Positions 38,679 through 46,098 of a DNA stretch of 46,407 nt are shown here, piece after piece. Both the position numbers and the translations under genes were made by a program. This DNA is from a virus. The DNA lies in IMG/VR virus record IMGVR_UViG_3300014572_000008. One strand, given 5' to 3'. Every line of letters begins with the position of its first letter. Within the stretch, counting starts at the first letter, position 1. The notes under the pieces were generated by a model. That model worked only from the letters and a program-made list of their open reading frames with translations, made no database searches and had not been told where the DNA came from.

Positions 38679-39208
38679 TGTGACGCCGCCTCCTTTGCTT
38701 CCTCCTGACTAAGAAAAACAACGCTCCCGAAGTTGCTTAGTCTCTCATAGTCTCCGCCATGTCTTCCCTCCAGATAAACTGCATCCGCCATGACGTGTAG
38801 CGGAATTACGGGCTCCGTGTCCGCAGCCCACACCGTATCGCCGATTTTGCACGGTCGGATGACAATTTGATGGTTTCTGTCGGCCTCGGCAAGCTCGCGG
38901 AGGCGGCTAGGCTCCACGCCCAGCGCCTGCGCTGCCAGATTTATCATCGCGTCCTCCGTAAATGGAGCCTTGATTTCCTCCGGCGTCAGCCCCGTGTCCT
39001 CGTAGGCTTTCAGACGTCCGTACAGATCACGGACCATCTTGCGGAAAATATCCTTGCCAAAGCCGTTGCTCGTTGGGCCGTTGATCAGCACGTTGAGCGT
39101 GCTGTCCCGGCACTGCTTCCAGTCGATTTCCTTGCCGCCGATCGCGGCGTGCAGAAATCGGTCGGTATCCGGGTCTACGTTGATATTAGGACTTGTCAGT
39201 CGTTCCAT
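38666..39208 (-). CDS. Hypothetical protein (180 aa)
   Basis: MERLTSPNINVD...LKAYEDTGLTPEEI... Confidence 0.65.
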   Translation of the reverse strand: MERLTSPNINVDPDTDRFLHAAIGGKEIDWKQCRDSTLNVLINGPTSNGFGKDIFRKMVRDLYGRLKAYEDTGLTPEEIKAPFTEDAMINLAAQALGVEPSRLRELAEADRNHQIVIRPCKIGDTVWAADTEPVIPLHVMADAVYLEGRHGGDYERLSNFGSVVFLSQEEAKEAASHWMK

Positions 39209-39645
39209 GTCTCTTCCTCCACATACCGCCAGCTCTGCGGCGGGCGGGTAATCGGCTTGGGTTTTGCCTTGAGCGCTACCTCTACCTCATTTGGCACAGC
39301 GTAAAATTCCCGCAGTTCTCGCGGGGTGTCGTAAATCTTGAGATTGGAGATGTGCCAGCCATATAACTCATTCGCGCCATTTGCATACGCTCGAATTTCA
39401 TCAGCAGTTAGGCACGTGCGCAAGATATCATCTTCGTTCAGCCAAAAGCGGCTATTCTCGAAAAGATCTGTCACACGATCACATATAAACTCGCCGACGA
39501 CGCCGCCCAGAACCGAACGGTAAATGTAGCACTTAAACGGCGTATCCATCTTCGGGCGCGTCTTGCGCACCTCAATGGTCTTCCGCCCGTTGATGATCTT
39601 CTCACACCACTCCGGGCGAATTCTGATCAAAACAGCTTTACTCAT
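39196..39645 (-). CDS. ASCH (PUA-like) domain protein
   Basis: 149 aa from ATG 39645; VLIRIRPEWCEKIINGRKTIEVRKTRP typical ASCH N-terminus. Confidence 0.7.
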   Translation of the reverse strand: MSKAVLIRIRPEWCEKIINGRKTIEVRKTRPKMDTPFKCYIYRSVLGGVVGEFICDRVTDLFENSRFWLNEDDILRTCLTADEIRAYANGANELYGWHISNLKIYDTPRELREFYAVPNEVEVALKAKPKPITRPPQSWRYVEEETWND

Positions 39646-40003
39646 GCTTGCCTCCTTCCTCCGGCGCTTCCGGCAATCCGCGCCATTCCCACGCATTCTT
39701 GTCGAGATGACACTCACGGCATTTGCACGTCTTTGATTTACAGCTGGAGCAGTCGCGCGTATCGCACGCATACTTGCAATTCTTGCAACTCCGTGCATCC
39801 GCGAGGTCTGCTAACGCCGCGTCCCTCTCGGCTTCTGCCTTCGCGTTCTCGGCGGTCAGGCGCTCGATCACGTTAGCAGCCGCAAACTCGATGTATTCCC
39901 GCCGATCTTGGATTTCTCCGACCTTGCAGTTTTCGCACGCGTCGTCGTGTCCAAGCCCCTTCGCGCAGCACCGAAGCGCCTGCACGATTTCCTGTCCTGT
40001 CAT
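39638..40003 (-). CDS. Cys-rich hypothetical protein
   Basis: 121 aa; CCAKG..CENCKVG and CKNCKYACDTRDCSSCKSKTCKCRECH clusters around a coiled coil. Confidence 0.6.
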   Translation of the reverse strand: MTGQEIVQALRCCAKGLGHDDACENCKVGEIQDRREYIEFAAANVIERLTAENAKAEAERDAALADLADARSCKNCKYACDTRDCSSCKSKTCKCRECHLDKNAWEWRGLPEAPEEGGKHE

Positions 40004-41121
40004 ATATCCTCCATTCCTTCAAAAACCATTTGTCCCGGCAGTTCATCCGGATTTAACAGCGCGGCTTCCGGATCCCGCCACTCGACGCCGATGTAGTCCA
40101 GCACACGGCCCCAGCCGTACCAGTTCCCGCGATCATCCTGCATTACGTGATTCATCCACATTTCCCACTCCTTTGGATTCCGCTCCCACAGCCGGTCGAA
40201 CCGGTGTGGGCGTTTTTCCATGTGCACGCCGAACCCGCACATGGAGCACCCGGTTCTCTGTGCTTTTGTCGTCCTGAGTGTTCCGTCTGCGTCGCGCACG
40301 ATCTCTCCGTAGATTTCCGGCACTGGAACCTGCAAATCCAGCGCAAGCTGCAAAAGATCCTGCCGCGAAAAAATCGCGAATGGACAGCTGCGTTTCGTTC
40401 CCGGCGATATGTAGTTGCACCCGTGCATCATCAACGCTTTCTGCCTGCGCCCTCCTTCGGACGCCATCAGGCCCATATACGGGAAGCTTCCGGTTTCTTT
40501 GGCATAATCGCTGCAAGGCTTTTCTTTCAGGTAATAGCAGCACTTATCCGATACGAGAAAATCCGGCGTTTTGTAGCTAACGCCTTCATTCTCATTTTCG
40601 TATCCGCCGAAGATCTCCAGCCATTTTTGCGCCAGCTTCATCCGCGTCCCCGTGCGGAACCCGCCGTAAGCCCCTGTTTCCCCAGTGATGATCGCATGGC
40701 GTACCGTTGCGTTTTTCTCGCTTGGATTTTGCAAAAGCGAGATTTTCCCCGCAACTTCCTTGGAGATCACCGGCCATCCGTACTCCCGCAGCACTTCCAC
40801 TTTGCTTTTCAGCGGTTTCAGCGGCTTCACGCCGAGTTGCTTGTGAATCAGCTGAATGCTTTTATCCTCAAGCGACGATACCGAGATGGCAGGCACATCA
40901 ATACCGATGCTGCGAAGAAACAGGAGCAGCGTGATGGAATCCAGCCCGCCGACAGCTACGTAGCAGCTACCTGCAACGTCTGGGTGATCGTAGAATTCCC
41001 ATGCGCGGATTTTGGCGTATTTCACCTTGAACGCATAATCCATCTGCTGTTTTACTCGAAAATCCGCAATCTTCCGTTCGGTATCCAGCCTTGCATTTCG
41101 CTCCAGCACATTCTCTTTCAT
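40000..41121 (-). CDS. PAPS reductase-family (PP-loop ATPase-like) protein
   Basis: 373 aa from ATG 41121 (GGAGGGAGGAGG upstream); VAVGGLDSITLLLFL PP-loop-like motif; C-terminal Cys cluster GCSMCGFG. Confidence 0.8.
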   Translation of the reverse strand: MKENVLERNARLDTERKIADFRVKQQMDYAFKVKYAKIRAWEFYDHPDVAGSCYVAVGGLDSITLLLFLRSIGIDVPAISVSSLEDKSIQLIHKQLGVKPLKPLKSKVEVLREYGWPVISKEVAGKISLLQNPSEKNATVRHAIITGETGAYGGFRTGTRMKLAQKWLEIFGGYENENEGVSYKTPDFLVSDKCCYYLKEKPCSDYAKETGSFPYMGLMASEGGRRQKALMMHGCNYISPGTKRSCPFAIFSRQDLLQLALDLQVPVPEIYGEIVRDADGTLRTTKAQRTGCSMCGFGVHMEKRPHRFDRLWERNPKEWEMWMNHVMQDDRGNWYGWGRVLDYIGVEWRDPEAALLNPDELPGQMVFEGMEDI

Positions 41122-41288
41122 TTTGCCTCCTCCCTCCCCGGCGTCAGCTTCGCCAGCATGATCTGCCCCAGATCCGCCACGTAGACCAGCCGTCCGCGGC
41201 TGTACACCATCAGCTTGTCGCCCTGGATCTCCATCCGGTCGGCCTCGATGTTCGTCAGATCGTGGCAGCAATCGCAAACAAATCTCAT
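41118..41288 (-). CDS. Small protein (56 aa, below ORF-track cutoff)
   Basis: MRFVCDCCHDLTNIEADRMEIQGDKLMVYSRGRLVYVADLGQIMLAKLTPGREEAK; ATGA overlaps at both ends. Confidence 0.5.
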   Translation of the reverse strand: MRFVCDCCHDLTNIEADRMEIQGDKLMVYSRGRLVYVADLGQIMLAKLTPGREEAK

Positions 41289-42115
41289 GCTTTATCCTCC
41301 TTGTTTTCCGCAAGCATTCGCTCGACCGCCTCCAGCTGGAACGCATCAAGTTCGTCCCCGTGGCGCTGCACGCCTTGTTGCAATCGGGCAGCGCCCTTTG
41401 ACACCGGCCCCATCACCCTGTCCACAGCTGCACGTTCCAGCGGATTCAGATCATCATTGTGTCCCTGCACGCCGTAGCCGGGCTTTGCAGCGCGGCCAAG
41501 CGCCGCAGGGCGTGTGCTGGCCTCTTTCAACCAGTCAAACACGATCCCCTTGTAATTTGCGGCCATAGAGCGGGTTATCACGTCGATCATTGCAGCCTCG
41601 CCGTATTCCTCCGCAGCCTTTGTGATCTGCGTAACAAGGCTTTGCAGGCCGACAGGCTTATACTCCTCCCGTCGTTCTCCCTTGTATGCCACCCATTTCT
41701 CAACGGATTCGCGCAGCGTGGGGGGTAGGGGGGAAAGAATACTGTCCTTGTCCTTTTCCTTTGGCCTTTTCCTTTGTCCATAGCTTTTTTTGCTTTCCTC
41801 GGAAAGCATTTGCTTTTTTTGCTTTTCGTTGCTTTCGTCAAAAACATTTGCTTTTTCGGATTCAGGCCGACCGCCCTGCTTTCCTGCCTCGCTTCTGGAC
41901 GCGGAGATGGCTTTTTGAGCCGCTACGGATTCGTCAATGTCCCGTCGAATCGCAGGCCAAATGAAACGTTCACTCCCGCTGAACTCTGGCTCTGCTCCCG
42001 ACTCGCGATAATCCATCGCGGCCAGCACCAAGCGCCCCACCTCAGCAGCACTGTACGCCTCGAAATAGCTCCTGTAACTCAGCCACAGCTTGACGTATTC
42101 CTTTTTATCTCCCAT
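41285..42115 (-). CDS. Replication-associated / replisome-organizer-like protein (function unassigned)
   Basis: 276 aa from ATG 42115; N-terminal YVKLWLSYRSYFEAYSAAEVGRLVLAAMDYRESG; Lys/Glu-rich centre; position after the recombination genes. Confidence 0.55.
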   Translation of the reverse strand: MGDKKEYVKLWLSYRSYFEAYSAAEVGRLVLAAMDYRESGAEPEFSGSERFIWPAIRRDIDESVAAQKAISASRSEAGKQGGRPESEKANVFDESNEKQKKQMLSEESKKSYGQRKRPKEKDKDSILSPLPPTLRESVEKWVAYKGERREEYKPVGLQSLVTQITKAAEEYGEAAMIDVITRSMAANYKGIVFDWLKEASTRPAALGRAAKPGYGVQGHNDDLNPLERAAVDRVMGPVSKGAARLQQGVQRHGDELDAFQLEAVERMLAENKEDKA

Positions 42116-42125
42116 CCGTCGGCCC

Positions 42126-42581
42126 TCAGAACGGCAGATCGTCGTCGCTTTCGTCAAGCTGTTTGAACTCCTCTGCGCTGGCCGGTGCGGGCGTTACAAA
42201 GGATTCTGCCTTGCTGGGCTTGAGATACCGGATACAGTCGCGCGTCACACCGTCATTGCCCTCAAACGGCTCCATGTGCAAAATGCAGTTGCGGCCTACC
42301 AGATCGTCAAGTTCAAAATCTGTGCCCGGCTCAATGCCAAGCGCATTTGCATATTTGCCGATCTTGTCGGCGTCATACTCTCCGGTATCGCGGTCGGGCC
42401 AGAAGTTCTTGAAGATGTGCTTCTTCTGGTATTCCTGCTCGACGTCCTCACGGACAACGAAATCGAACTTGATGCACTCATTTCCGTTCTTCGTTACGCT
42501 GTAGCCGCACGATTTCAAATAGCACTCATAGTCGCCAGCCTTCATCAGGCCGCCATCATTCTTTACTGCCTTAAATCCCAT
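42126..42581 (-). CDS. DUF669-type SSB-like protein
   Basis: 151 aa; GDYECYLKSCGYSVTKNGNECIKFDFVV...; acidic SSB-style tail DESDDDLPF. Confidence 0.7.
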   Translation of the reverse strand: MGFKAVKNDGGLMKAGDYECYLKSCGYSVTKNGNECIKFDFVVREDVEQEYQKKHIFKNFWPDRDTGEYDADKIGKYANALGIEPGTDFELDDLVGRNCILHMEPFEGNDGVTRDCIRYLKPSKAESFVTPAPASAEEFKQLDESDDDLPF

Positions 42582-43200
42582 CTATCTTGTCCATCCTTTC
42601 AGTGTTCATTTCCCAATGTGTAAAATAATCGTTGATATGACCGTTTGCCAAAAGCCAGTTGATAAAGCATGAAATCGTATCTTCGATAGGCTCGAAATCG
42701 CCGCGCCGGTACGTCTCCGCGTAAGTGTTCGCGCCGTCGAAGATCAGGTATGTAAATTTTGATGCACCGGGCAGCAGATGCAGATACATCGGATGCTGCG
42801 GGCTGTGCAGATACTTGCCGTATTCGTACCGCTGCACGCGCTTGATATCGTAGATGATTCCGGCCTTTACGTAGTCGCAGACGCCGTATAACTGGAAATC
42901 CAAGCCCGCCACACGAAGCCGCCCGGCAACCGGCACTTGCGGTTGACCTCCTGTACAGATACGGGAAAACTTTGCTACAGCCCGGTCGTATTTCTCGCTG
43001 ATAGGCTCAATTGGTACGCCCGCAACCGTGCTGTTGATCGCCGCCTCGAAGTCAATGCCAGCCTGCATCGCCTGCGTTGTTTCCTTCTCTTCACGCCGAA
43101 GCGTGGAGAGGAAGGAGGACAGCGCCGCGTCTGCATACGCATCATCCGCATCAAGAAAGTGCTTCCAGCTGCTCAGAAGGCTTTGCGTCAACCAATACAT
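42571..43200 (-). CDS. PD-(D/E)xK (RecB/Cas4-like) recombination nuclease
   Basis: 209 aa; GVCDYVKAGIIYDIKR motif; between the Sak4-like ATPase and the SSB-like gene. Confidence 0.65.
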   Translation of the reverse strand: MYWLTQSLLSSWKHFLDADDAYADAALSSFLSTLRREEKETTQAMQAGIDFEAAINSTVAGVPIEPISEKYDRAVAKFSRICTGGQPQVPVAGRLRVAGLDFQLYGVCDYVKAGIIYDIKRVQRYEYGKYLHSPQHPMYLHLLPGASKFTYLIFDGANTYAETYRRGDFEPIEDTISCFINWLLANGHINDYFTHWEMNTERMDKIDGI

Positions 43201-44110
43201 AGGCCCCAGCCTCCTTATCGTATTTCAGCCCAAGCTCTTTGCATTTGCGCTTGAATTCTGCGCCGAGTTCTGCCGCGCTCGTCAGCGCGTGCTCGATCTT
43301 TGCAAGCCCTTCTCGTGCTTTGAGCGCTGTTTCGGGGTCGCCGACAAGGGCGATAAAGGCGCGCCCGGATTTCATTGCTGCGTCGTAGGCTGCTTTCTCA
43401 CCGCTGTAGATTGCGGCCTGCGCATTGATATCCTCCTGCGCCTTACGGAACAGATCTGTTAGGAACGTGGACTTCTGGCCGGGCTTGAGTTCCGGCAGTT
43501 GCATCACGCCGCGCACACCGAAGCAGCCTTTTGCAAAGTATTCGTCTGTCGGTGTAAAGCCGATCATGCGCTTGTTGCCCATCATGAACATATAGCCACC
43601 AAAATCGGCAGGCGTCCAAACAATATCCTTCGCGCCGCCCTCACAGGAAAGGCGCGTCTGGATGGTGTCTCCCTTCTGCTGTTCCGTCGTGTGGAACACC
43701 ACGATCAAATGCTTCCGGTCTTTTGCGCGGATCTGGTAACACAGCCGGTCGAACTCGGATTTGATCACGCCATACATTGCACGGCCATCCTTTGCAGCTT
43801 TGCTGTCCTGCTTCTTTGCCCAGTCCTTCATCAGCTGTACCAGCATACCGCCGGTGTCGATCACGACGGACTCAGCCGCCTTGTATTCTTCGGAGTCCAT
43901 ATCGCCAAGCATTTCTTCGTAGGATTCCACAACAGAGGTCACGCCGCGCTGCTCCGGCCTGACGCGGGCAATGCCGTTGTCCGTGTCGAACAGAAACGGC
44001 TTCGGTGCGGAAAGCGCCAGCGTTGTCTTGCCAAGGCCGGGCTGTCCGGAAATGATGCACATGAATTTCTTGTTGCTGAAATCGAGTTCAGCGGGTTTCT
44101 TGATTGCCAT
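43151..44110 (-). CDS. Sak4-like RecA-fold ATPase (AAA_24-type)
   Basis: 319 aa; Walker A ISGQPGLGKTTLA, FLFDTDNG, Walker B-like VVIDTGG. Confidence 0.85.
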   Translation of the reverse strand: MAIKKPAELDFSNKKFMCIISGQPGLGKTTLALSAPKPFLFDTDNGIARVRPEQRGVTSVVESYEEMLGDMDSEEYKAAESVVIDTGGMLVQLMKDWAKKQDSKAAKDGRAMYGVIKSEFDRLCYQIRAKDRKHLIVVFHTTEQQKGDTIQTRLSCEGGAKDIVWTPADFGGYMFMMGNKRMIGFTPTDEYFAKGCFGVRGVMQLPELKPGQKSTFLTDLFRKAQEDINAQAAIYSGEKAAYDAAMKSGRAFIALVGDPETALKAREGLAKIEHALTSAAELGAEFKRKCKELGLKYDKEAGAYVLVDAKPSEQLEALS

Positions 44111-44111
44111 T

Positions 44112-44270
44112 TTATCCTTCCTCCTGTTTCATCTTTCCCACCAGCCACAGCGGCGGGAACAAATAACGATCTTCGTCCTCCGGCTCGTCCGGCTCGTACT
44201 CCGGCTCGTACTCCGGCTCGTACTCCGGCTCTGGAATGCTCAAGTACAGGTTTTCGCCGTCATACGCCAT
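44112..44270 (-). CDS. Acidic micro-protein with (EPEY)3 repeat (52 aa, below ORF-track cutoff)
   Basis: MAYDGENLYLSIPEPEYEPEYEPEYEPDEPEDEDRYLFPPLWLVGKMKQEEG; stop 1 nt before the Sak4-like ATG. Confidence 0.5.
   Translation of the reverse strand: MAYDGENLYLSIPEPEYEPEYEPEYEPDEPEDEDRYLFPPLWLVGKMKQEEG
44180..44232. repeat. 12-bp tandem repeat (CCGGCTCGTACT, 3 full copies plus partial flanks)
   Basis: Full units at 44189-44200, 44201-44212, 44213-44224; encodes the EPEY repeat on the minus strand. Confidence 0.9.
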
Positions 44271-44604
44271 TCCGGCTCACCTCCTGGCGGATCAGCGCTT
44301 CACAGAAGCTCTGCACCGTGGAATAGCCCAGCTTTTTCAGAAGCCTGTCCAACTTCTTAGCCTGCTCGTCCGTCAGCCGGAAATAATACCGGTTCACCTT
44401 CCGGCGCTTATCGCTGCGGTTCTTCGGCGCGTCCAGCGCCTTGATCGCCGCAGCTGCCTCCGGAACAAGCTGCACGCCGTATTTCTCCGGCGCTTCGCAC
44501 TGAGAAAGCAGGCATTTGTTGAACTTCGGGTAGTCGGCCCGATGTACCGCGTCGACGCAGGCTTTCGCACCATGCCGGACGCGGGAATCCGTTAAACTTG
44601 ACAT
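44260..44604 (-). CDS. Hypothetical protein, possible RHH-like C-terminus
   Basis: 114 aa; YYFRLTDEQAKKLDRLLKKLGYSTVQSFCEALI; AAAGGAA before ATG 44604. Confidence 0.6.
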   Translation of the reverse strand: MSSLTDSRVRHGAKACVDAVHRADYPKFNKCLLSQCEAPEKYGVQLVPEAAAAIKALDAPKNRSDKRRKVNRYYFRLTDEQAKKLDRLLKKLGYSTVQSFCEALIRQEVSRNGV

Positions 44605-44626
44605 ATGTTCCTTTCTGCCCTATAAT
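44598..44626 (+). promoter_or_regulatory. Perfect sigma-70 consensus promoter, antisense to the early operon
   Basis: TTGACA (44598-44603), 17-nt spacer, TATAAT (44621-44626); -35 box overlaps the start codon of 44260-44604. Confidence 0.7.
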
Positions 44627-44688
44627 GAGGGCGACAATCGTTTTCCTTTCGGCCTCTGTCGCGTTGCCGCGCGGCAGGGGTCATTTCT

Positions 44689-44934
44689 TTATGCCAGACC
44701 ATACAGCAGCGCTACGAGCGCGACGAAGCCAGTCACGACGCATTCATACGTCATTTCGGCCGTCCCGGCCATTGCGGCCAAGATCATCGCTGCGCCGCTG
44801 ACCCAAAGGCACAGGCCCTTGACGATCCGCCGCGCCGCCTTGCGGGCCTCCAATTCTTCACGCAGCCGCTCCCGGCGCTCCTCGGTCGTTTCCTCCGGCT
44901 CATACCCGAGCCGTTCTGCAAGATTGGTTCTCAT
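44689..44934 (-). CDS. Small membrane protein
   Basis: 81 aa; charged N-half, two hydrophobic helices (LCLWVSGAAMILAAMAG, VVTGFVALVALLYGL). Confidence 0.6.
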   Translation of the reverse strand: MRTNLAERLGYEPEETTEERRERLREELEARKAARRIVKGLCLWVSGAAMILAAMAGTAEMTYECVVTGFVALVALLYGLA

Positions 44935-45179
44935 TCTGCGTCCTCCTTCGTATCCGGCAGCCGTTCTGCCGATTCTACCAGTGCCATAAGCCGTTTATAG
45001 TTCTCCATCCTTTCCCGGCGGCGTTTTGCGAGGTTTGCAGCCCGCTCCGCTATTTCCGCGGGCTGGTGTGCGGCCATTGCCTCAAACTCATTGGCCTCAT
45101 TGTGGGTCGCGATCACAAGTAGCTCCAGCGTGTGCTTCAGCTCAAACCAATCGTCTCCGCTGAGAATCAGTTTCCGCAT
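44931..45179 (-). CDS. Hypothetical early protein
   Basis: 82 aa; AAGGAGGA before ATG 45179; 38-nt overlap with the upstream gene. Confidence 0.55.
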   Translation of the reverse strand: MRKLILSGDDWFELKHTLELLVIATHNEANEFEAMAAHQPAEIAERAANLAKRRRERMENYKRLMALVESAERLPDTKEDAE

Positions 45180-45393
45180 TCCGCTTATCCTCCTTCGTCT
45201 CCTGCATCCGCCTGACGAGACGCGCCAGACGGGCGTTTTGTGTCACGAGCTTCTGCGCGTCCAGATCCAGTCCCTTTCGCTTGAGTCCGTTTATGATCTG
45301 CGCCGCCTGGCACTCACACACCAGCGCCGCCTCGATCAGATCATGCAGCTCCTGCCCGCTCAATGTGAGGGTGTAGGTCTTTTCCTTCCCCAT
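45142..45393 (-). CDS. Hypothetical early protein
   Basis: 83 aa; GGGAGGCGGGAGG upstream of ATG 45393. Confidence 0.55.
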   Translation of the reverse strand: MGKEKTYTLTLSGQELHDLIEAALVCECQAAQIINGLKRKGLDLDAQKLVTQNARLARLVRRMQETKEDKRNAETDSQRRRLV

Positions 45394-45458
45394 GGGTCAG
45401 CCTCCCGCCTCCCGCACGTCGCACGTCAGGCGGAAAAGGCTCAAAAGCTCCTTGATCT

Positions 45459-45869
45459 TCATGGCCTTACCTCAACATCGACCGGGAATTCCGTGTGGAA
45501 GTACATCTTGTAGTGGTACGGGTCTGTGTGCGTCCCGGAAATGTCCTCTACCACGTAGAGGGTGTAGCCGTTCAAGTATATGTAATTCTTCTTGTACTCG
45601 CCGGGGCCAACCTTGCAGGTCACGACGAGCTCACTGCTTCCGTTGTTGGAAATGCTCATGTAACCCTCGGCCTCGAGGATGATCTTGTCTGTCCGGGCGT
45701 TGTATACGGTGATCCGGCGCTCGGCTTCGAAATAATCCGCCTGCTTGCTGATGTTGGCATTGACCTTGTCTGCCTCCGAGCAGCCAGTCAACATGGCCGT
45801 AATCAGCAGTGCCAGCAGAGCCGCCGCAATCAGGGATACGACGGTGGTGGTGGTTTTGGCTTTTCTCAT
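45459..45869 (-). CDS. Lipoprotein (early operon)
   Basis: Signal peptide plus lipobox MRKAKTTTTVVSLIAAALLALLITAMLTGC; AAGGAGGA before ATG. Confidence 0.8.
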   Translation of the reverse strand: MRKAKTTTTVVSLIAAALLALLITAMLTGCSEADKVNANISKQADYFEAERRITVYNARTDKIILEAEGYMSISNNGSSELVVTCKVGPGEYKKNYIYLNGYTLYVVEDISGTHTDPYHYKMYFHTEFPVDVEVRP

Positions 45870-45897
45870 GGTGTTCAGTATCCTCCTTTGTTCCTCC

Positions 45898-46098
45898 TCA
45901 TGCTCCGAGAAACCGCAAAAACGGCTCTCTCGGGATCTTTACTCTGTGCTTGCTTGTGCAGCAAACCGGGAAGCCCAGCTTTTCGGGCTGTTCCCTCGCC
46001 ATCAAGCGAAGCCATTGCGGGGTACAGCCGAGCACCTGCGCCGCCTCGCTTGCGAGGATTGTTGGCTTTGACATTGCCCGGATATCGTCCAGCGTCAT
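45898..46098 (-). CDS. Excisionase-like / MerR-type HTH protein
   Basis: 66 aa from ATG 46098 (ATGA overlap with Cro-like stop); TILASEAAQVLGCTPQWLRLMA. Confidence 0.6.
   Translation of the reverse strand: MTLDDIRAMSKPTILASEAAQVLGCTPQWLRLMAREQPEKLGFPVCCTSKHRVKIPREPFLRFLGA

Noticed and set aside
44180-44232. Tandem repeat as a mini CRISPR array or iteron set
   Set aside because: The units are contiguous 12-mers without spacers and lie in frame inside a small acidic ORF (EPEY repeat). This is coding-repeat slippage, not CRISPR.
44598-44801. 67-aa plus-strand ORF downstream of the antisense consensus promoter
   Set aside because: It begins upstream of the predicted transcription start. The internal ATG 44690 has no RBS, the product is Arg/Ser/Pro-rich, and it is fully antisense to a membrane-protein gene. 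A non-coding antisense RNA is the better reading.
45397-45462. 21-aa micro-ORF (MKIKELLSLFRLTCDVREAGG) coupled by ATGA to the lipoprotein stop
   Set aside because: It is too short to support. Its 3' half coincides with the GGGAGGCGGGAGG RBS of the next gene, so the frame may be incidental.
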